Positions 1 to 11,983 of a stretch of DNA of 64,000 nt are shown one piece after another. Positions within the stretch are counted from its first letter, which is position 1; each line of letters starts with the position of its first letter. The translations under genes and the position numbers were made by a program. The notes under the pieces are model-generated. The model saw only the letters and a program-made list of their open reading frames with translations. It was not told where the DNA came from and did no database searches. The DNA lies in NCBI GenBank assembly GCA_040954595.2, contig CM082595.2, positions 2,234,635-2,298,634 on the forward strand, written 5' to 3'. Source of the DNA: Balanoglossus misakiensis (taxonomy: Eukaryota > Animalia > Hemichordata).

Positions 1-56
1 GTGTGTGAATGTGAATGGGTGAGCCACTTATTCTCAGAAGAAACTTAAAATTTATA

Positions 57-118
57 CAGTCAAACCTGTGTTAAAGGCTACCTGTCAATAATGGCCAATT
101 AAGGAAAGTCCCATTTCA
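57..118 (+). mobile_element. Left-end fragment of a TA|CAGT-type (Tc1/mariner-pogo-like) MITE
   Basis: TA|CAGTCAAACCTGT at 55-69 is the exact reverse complement of ACAGGTTTGACTG|TA at 29110-29124. A similar end, TA|CAGTGAAACCTGT, occurs at 34983. Confidence 0.55.
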
Positions 119-143
119 ACGCAATTACCCAAAGTAACTGATT

Positions 144-1628
144 CTACGACAACCATCTCTCGATAAAAGTCTTCTTTTTCACGTGTTCCATGTTTTCACA
201 AAAACTCAAGTCAATTTCAGTGGGGTTCTCGGTCCGATCTCTGAGAATTTCTTCTAAACAGTCGATGGCAATCGCATCAAAGTCTATATGAAATTTATTA
301 GCAAACATTTGCGGTTGCTGGACAATGCGAGGCAGGTCGCGTACCGTGAATATGCAAATTTCTCTGACGTATACACCATAGCAGAAAATGTCGCTCGCAT
401 CTGATCGTTTTCTCCACAACTTTTCCCGTGTGATGTCCTCCTTCGTGTCGAATTGAAACCCGCCGGGAGCGTCCGCAAGTCTGCTGAGAGTGGAAAAGTA
501 ATGTTCATCCGGGCACGCTGTGTCGGGTAACCAATCCTGCAGTGCTTTTGCACGCTCATCCTTAACTGCAAATTCTACAAAATCTCTGGTCATTGTGACG
601 TGAAACTCTCCCTTGTATATTGTTAAATTTCTTGGCGGGGGTGTTTTAAATCTGAGGGGCATTTTTCGAAAGAGGTCGCCCCTCCGAAGTACGTATTCAT
701 AGAGTTGTCTTCCCGGGTGTGGGTTCCTGATGCTGTGAATGTCATTTTGTCCGTTCAGAGTTTTCAGCATTTGCACGATCTCCAAGTTGGTCTTCAGGGG
801 GAAGTCTTGCCCGCAGAGGTTGATGTAGTACTTCCAGGATCTCCGCCGTTTTAACAGATCCTTCATACAGTTCAGTTCCGCCTGCAGGACGCTGAATGTA
901 CAGTGCGTGACGGTCTCCAACTTGGAGGCAACGAACACGTTGTCAAAGCAACTGGCGATGTACTTCATCGCGTTGATGGTTTCCAGGGGAGACTTAGCGT
1001 CCACGTGGATGCAGTACGAGTTTTGTGGCATGTAGATCGTGCGTAGCAACTGCTCGGCCTGCTGGGCAGACTTGTACATTAAAATGCTGTAAGCTATCGG
1101 GAACTCCGCTTCGAGACGGGAGCGTGGTGTGCTGTAATATCCCCCATTTTCGCGGAATTTCGCACAATCCAGGGTCATCTCGTAGTAATCTTCATCCTCA
1201 ATTATATTCCGCTGTGAGAATCTCTGTATTCTCCCCATCTTAAAATTAATTAATAAGTCCTCAATTTTCCAAGATAAAATTTCACGACAGGTAAAGTTCA
1301 TACCAAAGTCCTCCCTCTTCTTCTGCAATTTTGCGATCGCCTTTTTCGCGAAATTCTCGTCATTATTTAGAGTATCGCTTTCGGGGAAAGTGTCGAAATC
1401 GTCACCGATGTTCTCATAACCTTCCACGCGAAGTAGTTTCCATGGTAACGATTTCTTAACATCAAGGCGGAGTTTTAGATTACTGCCGATAAACAAAACC
1501 TGTATAAACCCGACGACTATCAACACCACCGTCATTATTTTCAAGCGTTTACGTAGTCTGGTCTCCCCGCCTGGATTTTCGTTCCCATATTCGTTTGGCG
1601 CACGTTGTTTCCTTGGAAACACCATCAT
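144..1628 (-). CDS. Glycosyltransferase family 14 (core-2/I-branching) beta-1,6-N-acetylglucosaminyltransferase, GCNT-like; single coding exon, about 494 aa
   Basis: Type II membrane anchor (MTVVLIVVGFIQVLFIG). Motifs EAEFPIAYSI, IYMPQNSYCIHVD, WKYYINLCGQDFPLKTNLEIV, PDEH (catalytic Glu position) and FANKF match the GCNT1/2/3 family. The ORF-track start at 1643 is TTG; the first in-frame ATG is at 1628 (accATGATGG). The specific paralogue cannot be assigned. Confidence 0.93.
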   Translation of the reverse strand: MMVFPRKQRAPNEYGNENPGGETRLRKRLKIMTVVLIVVGFIQVLFIGSNLKLRLDVKKSLPWKLLRVEGYENIGDDFDTFPESDTLNNDENFAKKAIAKLQKKREDFGMNFTCREILSWKIEDLLINFKMGRIQRFSQRNIIEDEDYYEMTLDCAKFRENGGYYSTPRSRLEAEFPIAYSILMYKSAQQAEQLLRTIYMPQNSYCIHVDAKSPLETINAMKYIASCFDNVFVASKLETVTHCTFSVLQAELNCMKDLLKRRRSWKYYINLCGQDFPLKTNLEIVQMLKTLNGQNDIHSIRNPHPGRQLYEYVLRRGDLFRKMPLRFKTPPPRNLTIYKGEFHVTMTRDFVEFAVKDERAKALQDWLPDTACPDEHYFSTLSRLADAPGGFQFDTKEDITREKLWRKRSDASDIFCYGVYVREICIFTVRDLPRIVQQPQMFANKFHIDFDAIAIDCLEEILRDRTENPTEIDLSFCENMEHVKKKTFIERWLS

Positions 1629-4600
1629 GGTATCACATTGCAAACAAGAGTCTTTCGTTTACTGTATAGTGACAATTTTCTGATAAATCGCGATTTGGAA
1701 AATATCTCATTCCAGTATGATCAGTTTGACAAGCCTAAAAATAGGAAAAGTAAAACAGAATTCATATCATTTGTTATTATGAAAGCGCAAGTTAACCCAT
1801 AGAAAATTTCGCAGCAGGAACAATCGCCGACTTAGACAAAATACCATCGATTTCTGAGGACGTATAATGCCGTCCCATCGACCCTATAAATTGTAAACGA
1901 TATTATTCGCTGATATCTGCCGAGACCAGTGCGAAAGGCAACAAATCTCCCCTTGAACATCGAACACCAGGCAATGACTTTCACACATGTGATGAACGCT
2001 TAGAGAGGGGGCTGTGATCTAACTAGACAAAACCCTTAATTTTTTAAACGCGTGTAGGATTTATATGGTTATACAATGGCTGCCGTAACTTATCCTTATT
2101 GATTTTGAGAAACCGTACGTTTGTTAACCAAAAAGGTCAGTTTGACAGGTAGTAAGCAACACTCGGAATCTATCCAGAAAGTGGCCATGGTACATTCATT
2201 GACAAGATCATTTTGTATTTACTTGTTTGTAAAAGCTCTCCAAAGTAACTGTAGCTTCTTAAGATCAAAGAACAAAAATTGTCTTACCTCGCCGTGATCA
2301 ATAAAGACCGTGTAAATTTGACAATTATCAACCGTGGTGTAATCAGCCCTGTCCACGTCAGACGAGGAAAATCGAAGAAACTTACCTAGTCATGTGGCGC
2401 AAGATCGATATAAAACGCCCTCGGAAGGGGCATAAATACAAAGGGACAATAAAAGCTAGGACCTGACTGTAGAGGGCACTGTGCAACGTGGAGAGTTTGA
2501 GCCACAAATCCCGATCGTGATAGTTTCACCGAACGCTTTATGGTCTTCCGGGCCCACAGAATAGTCAATATTGTAGTCTTTGTGGGAAGAATCTGAGAGT
2601 CAACTAATGCACATGTATATTGCATAGGGACAAAGTGGCCACTGCATGGAGATCTCTAGTAAAACATGTTCTGTTGAAGATGATCGACCAGATTGATACC
2701 TCCTCCTTCAGAAAAATTATGTTGACGTCTTAAGATGAAGTTGTTTTAGATGGCAATTCACCTTGGGGTCCTCTCATAGAAGAGCTGTAAGACCTGTTCC
2801 TCGGACTGGATGGGACTTCAGTTTGATGAAGTAGACAAAACTATTGTCGAAAACATTTATTTTCACCAAAATATACAATTCAAAATATACATTTTCAAAT
2901 GATCTTACATTATCATTAAAAATCGTTTTGTATGTTCTGGGAGCTGGCCCAAATATCAAAACTCACCCTCTTTACACCATTTGCACCAAATCGACAGCAC
3001 GTCGGCCAAACATTAACCCTTTCACAAGCACAGAATACAAATCTAAAGATAGCAAGACGATAAAATGTTCTACTAAAAACTGATACAAAATAATAACGAT
3101 GAATAATTCAATAGTTACAAGCAACACTAATAATAATTAAGTATATGCCTTCAGAACTATCAGCTGGGTTTCACTTTCAATCGATACATAGCTGAGGGGA
3201 ATCGCATGGAGATGACCAGAAATGTCATATTTGCACGTGTTGCGTTATCGAAGGCCTAATATTCCCTGAACGCAGGTTGTGACGTGGTTGTTATGGTGTT
3301 GAACGTCATTAGATCGAGAGCTTGACGAGTCAACAGGATACTTGATGCCCCTCCTTGTTCTACTGGAAGATAGTGTGGGCCAACTTCACTTCCGAGTCGA
3401 TTGTGTCATCAACTTTCTTCGTCTTCGTAGCGATGCAAGTTGAACTATTCTGCATTGATTTGAATCTCCCCAAGACTTGTCTTTGTAGTCCAATAGGCTT
3501 TAGCAACTCATCACAATAGCGAATTCTGAGATAAATAAACACTACACCGAAGTTTCAGAAAAAAAAACAACACAAAAATGCACAAGTCATAAATGTTAAA
3601 ACACTGACATCAAACCAAACTGGCGCGAAACAAATTGACTATATCGACACGAAAACTGGAAAGTTAGTTTCAACTGAAACTGGGAAAGGTAATGAAATGA
3701 GCCGAGTCGATCACTCACTAAATGTTTGCTAACCACTGCTATAGTAAATTAAATGACCTCATTAGCCCAGTTAACAAACAGTGCGTGCATATCACGACAG
3801 ACATGCAGCAGGACAGACCCACAATATTCCAATTACAAATATAGAACTTGTACGTTATGCTGATTGGCTTTTCAAGGTTGCATTCGAGAACTTTGAAGCC
3901 TGTGCAATAGACATGGTGAAACATGATAAAAGAAGTCAATATTGATTGATCTCAAATTGCTCCGGATGCTATTGGCAACTTGCGGCTTCCCTGGCGTGGT
4001 TTTGAAGTCACCTTTTCGTCTTCAGAACAATATTTCCAAATAACACGCCACATGAACGCGTATATTCAATGCCCTGATGAAGAATTAATGACTTCGTGTA
4101 TCTGACAGACACGGGATTAATCAGCACGTTTTCTGCCGCGTGTTCAAATTGACCGAAAAAATGAAAATTGGCAATATAGAAAAAACATACCTGCATTAAA
4201 AAAATGAAAGCAATGAACTGTTGATTAGCATTTACCAGAACCTTTCGTTGGAAATTAAAGGCGTTTGTTGACTCCTGTCACAGGTTCATTGGCGTTGTCA
4301 ATTAATCACGACTAACCTATAATTGTGAAAACTCACACATACATACAAAAAGGGGACATATTAAGTCTGCCTATAAAAGTATGTTACTTACTAATCTCGT
4401 GTAACGATGCGTAGTCTTTAAAATACTGAGCGTATTCGCCATAAACCATCATGGGAAAATCTCGAAACCTTGTATGAAATATCGTTCATATTGTCAATTC
4501 CTGTTGACAAATGCTCTTTATCTGAAATTCACGCTGTGTATATGTCTGTGCTGTGACTCACAGACTCATATGAGCTCTGACAGTTTGCTATTGTCATAAA

Positions 4601-4810
4601 TTGAACAATGCAAGTGACTTACTGTGGTCACAGTCAACTGTCTCTTTCAGATGTGTTTGAGTCAATTATTCATATTGTTAGTAAACCCTCATTATTGTTA
4701 AGAATCCATCCCAACCGCCAACACAAGCTAAGTGTATTGCAACTGATCTCCATGATGCAAATCCATCATAAAATGCATTGTACTCGTTCTGGGAAAAAAT
4801 GAAGGCACTT

Positions 4811-5442
4811 TTAAGTTGCCGTCGTAGCGACTGAGATGGTTGTTTGTAGATCTTCCACGGGTGTTCTTTTCAAGCACTTTAGTATTATCATGTAACCATG
4901 TCGGAACCTTTTATTCATAACCCCGTATATAATGGGATTGCAACAACTGTTGAAGTACCCCAACAAAAGCGTCGTCATGTCGATCGGTCTAGGCACGGGC
5001 GTGCTGGAGTAGACGCTCCAAAACATGGTGACACAGAACGGCATCCAAGACATGACGAACATGATTATAACGACCACGAAGGACTGTGTTAACTTGATTT
5101 CTTCTTCTCGCCTTCGTTTCTGTCTTTCCTGGTTCCGGAAATTAGAGGGTTTGCCCAAGGAAGCTGCCACCGTGGGGATGGCCACACCACCTTGTCCGCT
5201 TCCGGTCATTTCTCCGTCGGGATCAACTCTTCGTCGGCTCCGGCGGACCTCCATCAAGATTCTCAAGTAGGAGAACGTCATCATGCCGCAGGGACCACCG
5301 AAGCACACCACGACCATGAAGAAAGTATAGGACACGCTGGTCTTCCAGTTGCAGAAGCAGAACGACTGGCCAGGCAGGTAAGAATACTCAGCCCATCCAA
5401 ATAAGGGTGGCGAACTCAGAAGGGCGGAAAGCACCCAGACAC
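4811..5442 (-). CDS. Class A GPCR (melatonin-receptor-like orphan), coding exon 2: TM4 (part) to TM7 and C-tail
   Basis: Acceptor tttcttttcttgcttcAG|GT GTC TGG at 5443/5442. Encodes PPLFGW, the ECL2 Cys, SWMPF (TM6), GYFNSCCNPIIYG (TM7) and helix 8 NKRFR. Its 632 nt plus the 469 nt of exon 1 give 1101 nt in frame. Confidence 0.92.
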
Positions 5443-8400
5443 CTGAAGCAAGAAAAGAAAAAGGCCAAAAGTTGTACATTATAAGGGAGAGTGACTACAG
5501 TGTTAGTTTCCTCTGTGTTCTCGTATATATTAAACTCATTTGATGATGACGGTGGTGATAAATGACATTCAGGCAAACTATAGGTATTTTTTTGAGGTGC
5601 AAACTGTATAGGTATTGTAGATGTATATTTTCAAGTCGAGTACTACGCAAATTAGTCGCGGCTACAATGATCGCTGTCTTTTAGTGCATACATCACTGTT
5701 CAGGTTTCCAGTGGACACCTGAGGGGTGGTGATTGATTATCTGCTTACTTCCGTGACACAAACCCTGTGAGGATTTTGTGCCCCGTCGCTGAGAAATACC
5801 ATTTTGTCTCTCGTTGACATCGAAAGAAACACCTGTACTACACGGAAGTCAACACACGCAAATACATCACAGTCACAATGCCCCAGTTGCGGAAATGTTT
5901 CCAATTCTTGCAAGTCATACATTACTGTTGACCTAAGAATCCCATTAATGTCCTTTGATAGATTGGCATATAGTTTCACATGCAATTTACCGATCTTTCT
6001 TTCTAACTCGAAGACCCGAGGGATTGGCGATCTTCGTACACTTTACCAATCAAGGGTAGATCAGTAAATCATATTTCTTCCGTGATAAATCGACTCGAAC
6101 TTAAAAAGTGATTAGGCGCTTTTCCAAGATGATTGTACCATTAATGACTTGTGTGTGTGGCGTATTTGATACAACACTTTTAGTTTGCCTCAAGGTATAC
6201 AATCGTCTTTAATTTACATAATAAATTGTACCCATATTTGCACTAGCTTATTTTCGCGTGACAACCCCGCGAAAATCTGTGATAAGCTCGATCTCAAGTT
6301 TCCATGGTAACTGTGACTAAATTTGTATAGGTGACCACGTACCTTTAATATCGTGATCTGATCCCGCACAAAGCAAAAACGCGCCATTAAACCTAATACA
6401 ACAATGCTATACAGGCCGATCCTGTGGGTGGGACAAGTTTTTCCTTAGGCTAGATATTAGAAAATTGTCTGCTTCCTGATCGGTTGTACTCAATTTAATC
6501 GAACGCTTGCCAATTTGCTGTGTACCGTAGAAAATTTCGGATTGGACCCGTTGGCCGTACGAGTTGAACAACAAGTATCGTGGAATAGACCTTTTTCTGA
6601 ACTTCAAGAGACCTTGCGAGATCTCGCGTGACTGGACAGTTCATATGAGAGGACATTCTCATGCGACGCAGGACAAACAACATATGGCCCATCTAAACGG
6701 CGCAAAGTTACAATTGTTGAGAAACGCTGCATCTATCCTACTTGACTTGTATAACTTGGCTAACAACCCGTTGCTACGGTAACTACCAAGTCTCGCGAGA
6801 TCTCGCAATCATCTATTACTTTGATTGTTGTTCTCATTCACTATTTCCTAACGAGACGCTGCAAAATGAAACAAAAGTGGAGCCCGACGGCCTGAACAAA
6901 GTGCATAATAATATCATTTTTTATTTTACCGGTCACAATTGCTTAAAATAGAAGCTTCATTCAACTAATGGTGTTATTATTTCCAAATGGGGAAGTTAGA
7001 CTGAACAAGTCGCATCTGCAGCCATCGTAACAATGATGCTGCTATGGTGGACACAAAGAGTAAAGGTGGCCTATTTATCAGGCAGTGGCCAACTGTAGTC
7101 ATAGCCTAGTACATTGTGTCTTACCGTCTTCACACCTCCATAACTACATTGTATATATACAATAGACCCCAGGTTGACAACAATAGAGGCACCTATAAAT
7201 TACAACTTCATCACCACTGATGAAAATAATTATTAACCCAGTTCTGTTGAAGATGATGTGATTAAACGTAATTTTAGTCGATTATTTTTGCCAGGGTAGA
7301 GTTTATAGTGACACTATGCGGTTCCAAATACCCGACCTATGCTTACCCGTTTTGAATCTGTCGATCCTAAACATTTTAGAGCCAAATAAAACGGGGCGTC
7401 AATATATCCTAGTTTATGCAACATGTCAAGTGGAAGTAACGGAAAGACAGTCGCCGAGACATAAGAGTATTTCCAATAAGTCGACACACCTTATTTCCAA
7501 TCTGCCGGAAGTATACACTCTTGGAGTAGATACCTTTTGGTTAAACGCGCTTGCAATGAAGAACAATGGCTATACTACATGAACATTTCATTTTCGTGGA
7601 CTGTTGGAAATTTTGATTTGCATTATTTGATCTACAATAAGATAATATTTATTGCCCGGGAGATTGTGAATAATTGGGTGTGGAATATACGTTTCTGTGG
7701 AAACGACAACACGAGTGGACTCGATTCCGACAGTAATAAGATACTGGATTAAAGCGGACCACGATTAGCTGTGGTTTCAAGTTGCTAAAGTATATCAGTG
7801 TGGCATTTGTGAATGCGCCTAGCTAAGCCGCACAAATTACCTGCTTATACTTCTTTTACCTTTAATACCATGCCTGCCCAAATGGTGTGTGTCCCTATAC
7901 AATATACATATCCCGCCTATTCGTTTCGGAAATTTCGCATACCCCATTATGAAATAGTAGTAAAATACATTCTTTTAAAGCAAACGACACGAGAAACCTG
8001 TAGTGGACACATGCAGTGACATCAATTGTACTCTAGGTTTCTTTTGTGTGGATATGGGCTACTAATATTAAACAACAATTACCAGACCTATAAAAATTGA
8101 AGCGTATACACAGCCGGAGTCATTGATCTATCCCCGCGATCAATTCCAGGCAAATATCAAATTGACCTTTTACTAAAAACCACGGCTACCATTAAAACAA
8201 CCTGAAATGATAGCACACGTGTGTGCACCAATCTTTGGCTAAAAGGCTGCACTGCACTTCTTTTGTTTGTTAAGCTGAAATGTGTACAGCCAACGGCGTG
8301 TTTCCATGTCATTCATCTATCCAAAACATTCCATGGATCACTTTTTATCCGATTTAAATAGCTACACGATCATCATTTTAATACTTAAGAGAAAATTGTT

Positions 8401-10181
8401 AGAGGGGGTCCCCCTACCTTAATAGTTCTGATCATAGTAACTGCTGGGTATCAAAATGTCATTATTTGCATTTTAACTAGTTTTTCCCCAAACAAAGAAT
8501 ATTTTAATAGCGTTTTTGTATTGTGATTTTGCTCCGTGTCATACGTCACTCGTCATACTACAAGTGGATTTCCACAGCATGTTGTCTTGGTGACCTGTAA
8601 GCTCTTAATCTTTCCAACTGACTGATCTGTGGAGACTTGACTCCGTGAATTAGGATAAAGCCAACAGAAGGCATAACTGACAAGTGTACTTGTGTGTATA
8701 AACTTGATGGTCCATTGATGAGGTGTAGGCGTCAGCAGTAGTACGTATACAAGTTGAAGCTATAAGTGGACTCTTATATGCGAAAATACTGAATGATTTC
8801 GACGACAAGTAACAAACGCTGTAGAAAATAGCCATCATTTTTGAAATATAGAAATAGGAAATTAATATTGACGAGATGGCAAACTAGAAATGTAACATAC
8901 TGAAAGCTTACACAATACCAAAAATTACTCAATCAATTAGACTCTGGCACAGTAGTTGTTCCTCTTGATATTCCAGCTATGCATTATATGTAAATTGATA
9001 TCATACATGCAGTCTTAGAACCAGACTAGCCCTTGGCAAGCACTGGCGTATAAACTAAACCAATTCAATTATTGGAAACGTAGCAAAAACAACAGGGAAC
9101 ACCTGTATATGTTAAGAGCCTATAAAAATCATAAAAATTCTGAGCAATTAGTTCGCTAGGTAATGTGATGTAATATCTTGGAGAGGTTTGTACTTTCTTG
9201 CACAAAAAGTTCATAGCAAACGTCATTTGGAGTGTGGGCGTCGCACTGTACCCTTAGATACCTGAGAAGACATCTTCTGCCAAAGAATCACAGGGCGCTC
9301 GATCTCCCAAAAATAACAATAAAAATATTTTTGGACAGCTTAAATTTCTGGTTGTTGTTGTCGTTGAAAATGATAACGATTAGATATTAAAAAAAATATT
9401 GGGAGTTCGTTCCTACTAGACGTTTCCATATGCTGTCTTTTTGAAAGCAAAGAAGAAAACACGTTGTTCTCGTGTTCTGTCTTGTTTTCGTAAACAGTTA
9501 TAAATCTACTACTTTATTTTTTCTCTCTATAGAATTAAAACTTTAAAACTGAGATTTGCGGACACATTGAATTTCAAATTCGAGACAATTAGCTCTCTCA
9601 TTACAGATTTTAATTCTCATTTTAAGAGAGAATAATTTACAGTTGCCTCGAGCAGAATAGGACAAGTCTAAGACTTTTGATTTTCGGGGAGCTTCTACCC
9701 TAAGGGAGCAATATTTTCTTATCGCGTTTCTAAACGTGACGCCTGACAAGATAGATCGGTTTTAGATAAAAAAAGAACAAAAAGCGAAACTCCATGAACA
9801 GAACAGATATCATCTTGTAGGTTGTGTACGTGGAGTGCTTGAAACCAAAGATGACTAATGTTTGAAGGCTTAATATGACGGTATTCTTGACAATGTCATA
9901 ATCAAGATCTGGCTTGGACACTTCCGTGCACCAGGTGCATTGATGTCTGTAGTCAATCGCATCACAAGGTCGTGGAGAACACTATACGGACAAAACCAAG
10001 GTCTGGCGGAAATTAAAACTATTTCCTTGCTCTAGAAAAAAGTCAACGGTGATCGAACTATGACTGCAATTAAAAAGACAGACAATCCCAATATAATTTA
10101 GACGCGAGTGCATTGCGCATCTTTAGGCAAACACGCAAAAAGTCAGTGAGGTTGAAATGTTTAGCATCATTCAGAACCTAC
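5443..10181 (-). other. GT-AG intron (4739 nt, phase 1) of the GPCR gene
   Basis: Donor GCA G|GTAGGT at 10182/10181 and a polypyrimidine acceptor ending at 5443. Splicing restores a continuous TM4 (LVIAG-VWVLS). Confidence 0.88.
6584..6690 (+). mobile_element. Unclassified DNA-transposon-like repeat (AATAGACC.../GAGATCTCGCG family), partial copy
   Basis: AATAGACCTTTTTCTGAAC...GCGAGATCTCGCGTG...CAGTTCATATG...ACATTCTC aligns by eye with 11982-12060 and 27182-27260. Confidence 0.75.
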
Positions 10182-10650
10182 CTGCGATGACGAGTGATGT
10201 ATTTCGTTTGGTGAACAAAGTTGGGTATCTTTGTGGGTGCACGATCAACACGTATCGGTTAATACTGATGGCACCCAGCGACATCACCGAGGCGATGAAC
10301 GTGTTCATGTTGATGAAGCCGAGCGCAACGCAGAGCCCGTCGGTGAAGATCCACCTGCCGGAGATGATGGCCGCGATGGTCATTGGCATGTTGACGGTGG
10401 AGACGAGGAGATCAGCGCCGCTGAGACAGAGCACAAGTGCGTTGGAGGTCTTCCGCAGCTGTCGAGACTGTACAACGACCATCCATAGGAGGAAATTGCC
10501 AACTATCGCGACGAGGCAAATTAGCGCCAGGATTATAGCTTCGATGATGCGCTCAGCCACGGGTATTATCCCTGGCGGGTCGGGCGAAGGCGTAACAGAG
10601 GGAATAACATTGAACGTGTCTGATATCGCGAAGGAGGTGCTTTCTGCCAT
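10182..10650 (-). CDS. Class A GPCR (melatonin-receptor-like orphan), coding exon 1: N-terminus to TM4 (part)
   Basis: ATG in a good context (aagATGG, MAESTSF). Contains TM1 GN, TM2 LSGADL, the WIF/C motif before TM3, and NRY at the end of TM3. Ends at a phase-1 GT donor. Confidence 0.92.
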
Positions 10651-10939
10651 CTTTACACGCAGGTTCACGCACCATCGAGTCACAGAACAGAGGTTGCCAC
10701 CGTGGACATGATCACCACGAAGTTGCCGGCTGTCATCTTATCCAGCGCACACATGAAACTGTTCCAATTATACTGTCCAATATCGGAGGTACATTACGAC
10801 ATTGCCAGGAGACCGGAAAAACGCCCCCATGCTTAAGATCAGAAAGTTTAATCCGTCTCGTCTAGAAGAACAGCGTCGGACCTACACCGGATGTGGCGTA
10901 TCCAGGGTATACGTAGGCTTTTCTGGGCGAGGGAATTGG

Positions 10940-11038
10940 GATGATGACGACGATGATGACGATGATGATGATGGTGGTGGTGGTGGTGGTGGTGATGGTG
11001 GTGGTGGTGATGATGATGATGACGATGATGATGATGAT
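10940..11038. repeat. Compound trinucleotide microsatellite (GAT/GAC)n-(GGT)n-(GAT/GAC)n
   Basis: Directly visible; accounts for the low-complexity ORFs at 10802-11083. Confidence 0.97.
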
Positions 11039-11983
11039 TTTGCGAGTTTTTGTGCTTTTGTCATTTTTCGACATTTTTCATAGGATATAACTCATGAAAA
11101 TTGTCAAAATATAACAAGTGCCCGACTTTGTGAGAATTTTTGTGTTTTTTTGTCATTTTTTGTACTCTGTACTGACGCCTTCCTCTTTGATACGTGCATC
11201 AAGTAAATCTTGCTGACAGCGTTTGATGAAAATGTTTAATATGAAAAGGTCGAAAGACGACAGGCAAAATTAACATATTGAGATTGAAGTCGCCGATAGC
11301 AATAAAACAAATCCAACGTGCGTATTGGGCGATGAAAATCTTTCGATCCAGGGGCCATCATCTTCGTGTGCCGCGGAGCCGTTCATTTTATTCGAGTGAT
11401 GGAGATATGAGGTGGACCAAGTCGGTTGCTTATCCATCCAGAGTCGGGGTTTCATTATGTAGCACCAAGGGGTAAAGTCATCACATAACTTTGAATATAG
11501 CAGGAACTCAGTTCCGAGAAAAAAATGACATAAGAAGTAGCTATCAGCTGTGTTTTGAGTTCTCTTACACGACACAATCGGGTGCAACGAAATCGTGATA
11601 CCGGCATTTTAGAGTTTTGAAACTAAGACTGAATGTATTGAGTTGGAAAACGTTCAACGATTTGTAATTTCCGGTAAAGATAACTGGAAAATAAATGCGC
11701 AAAACTGTTACATTACCCAGGGATAATGAAGAAAATACGGAATGAAAGAGAATGTAATCGCTAAAAGCGGAAAATAATAAAGATGGGGTTTATTTTTCGG
11801 TTTCTGTAGGAAAAGATCATAAAATTAATCAGGAGAGTGGCATTATATTGATTTACAAAAGGTGCATTGTATTACTGACTATTCTCGTCAAAATATATAA
11901 TGCACTACACAGATACAGTATTTCAATTGTGATCATATCTTGTAATCTTCAGAAAATGATTTTCACAAAACGATTTTGTACAA

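Noticed and set aside
1629-1643. ORF-track N-terminal extension MQCDT of the glycosyltransferase
   Set aside because: It begins at TTG; the first ATG is at 1628.
4811-5442. Calling the GPCR an opsin, or giving it the symbol MTNR1
   Set aside because: It has Tyr, not Lys, at 7.43. The melatonin-binding residues, the NAxxY motif and the intron position of MT1/MT2 are not matched.
10157-10711. 184-aa plus-strand ORF (and the plus-strand ORFs at 4898-5404)
   Set aside because: These are antisense shadows of the GPCR exons with no independent motifs.
10802-11083. Poly-D/G, poly-I/T and poly-S/P ORFs
   Set aside because: Translation artefacts of the trinucleotide microsatellite.
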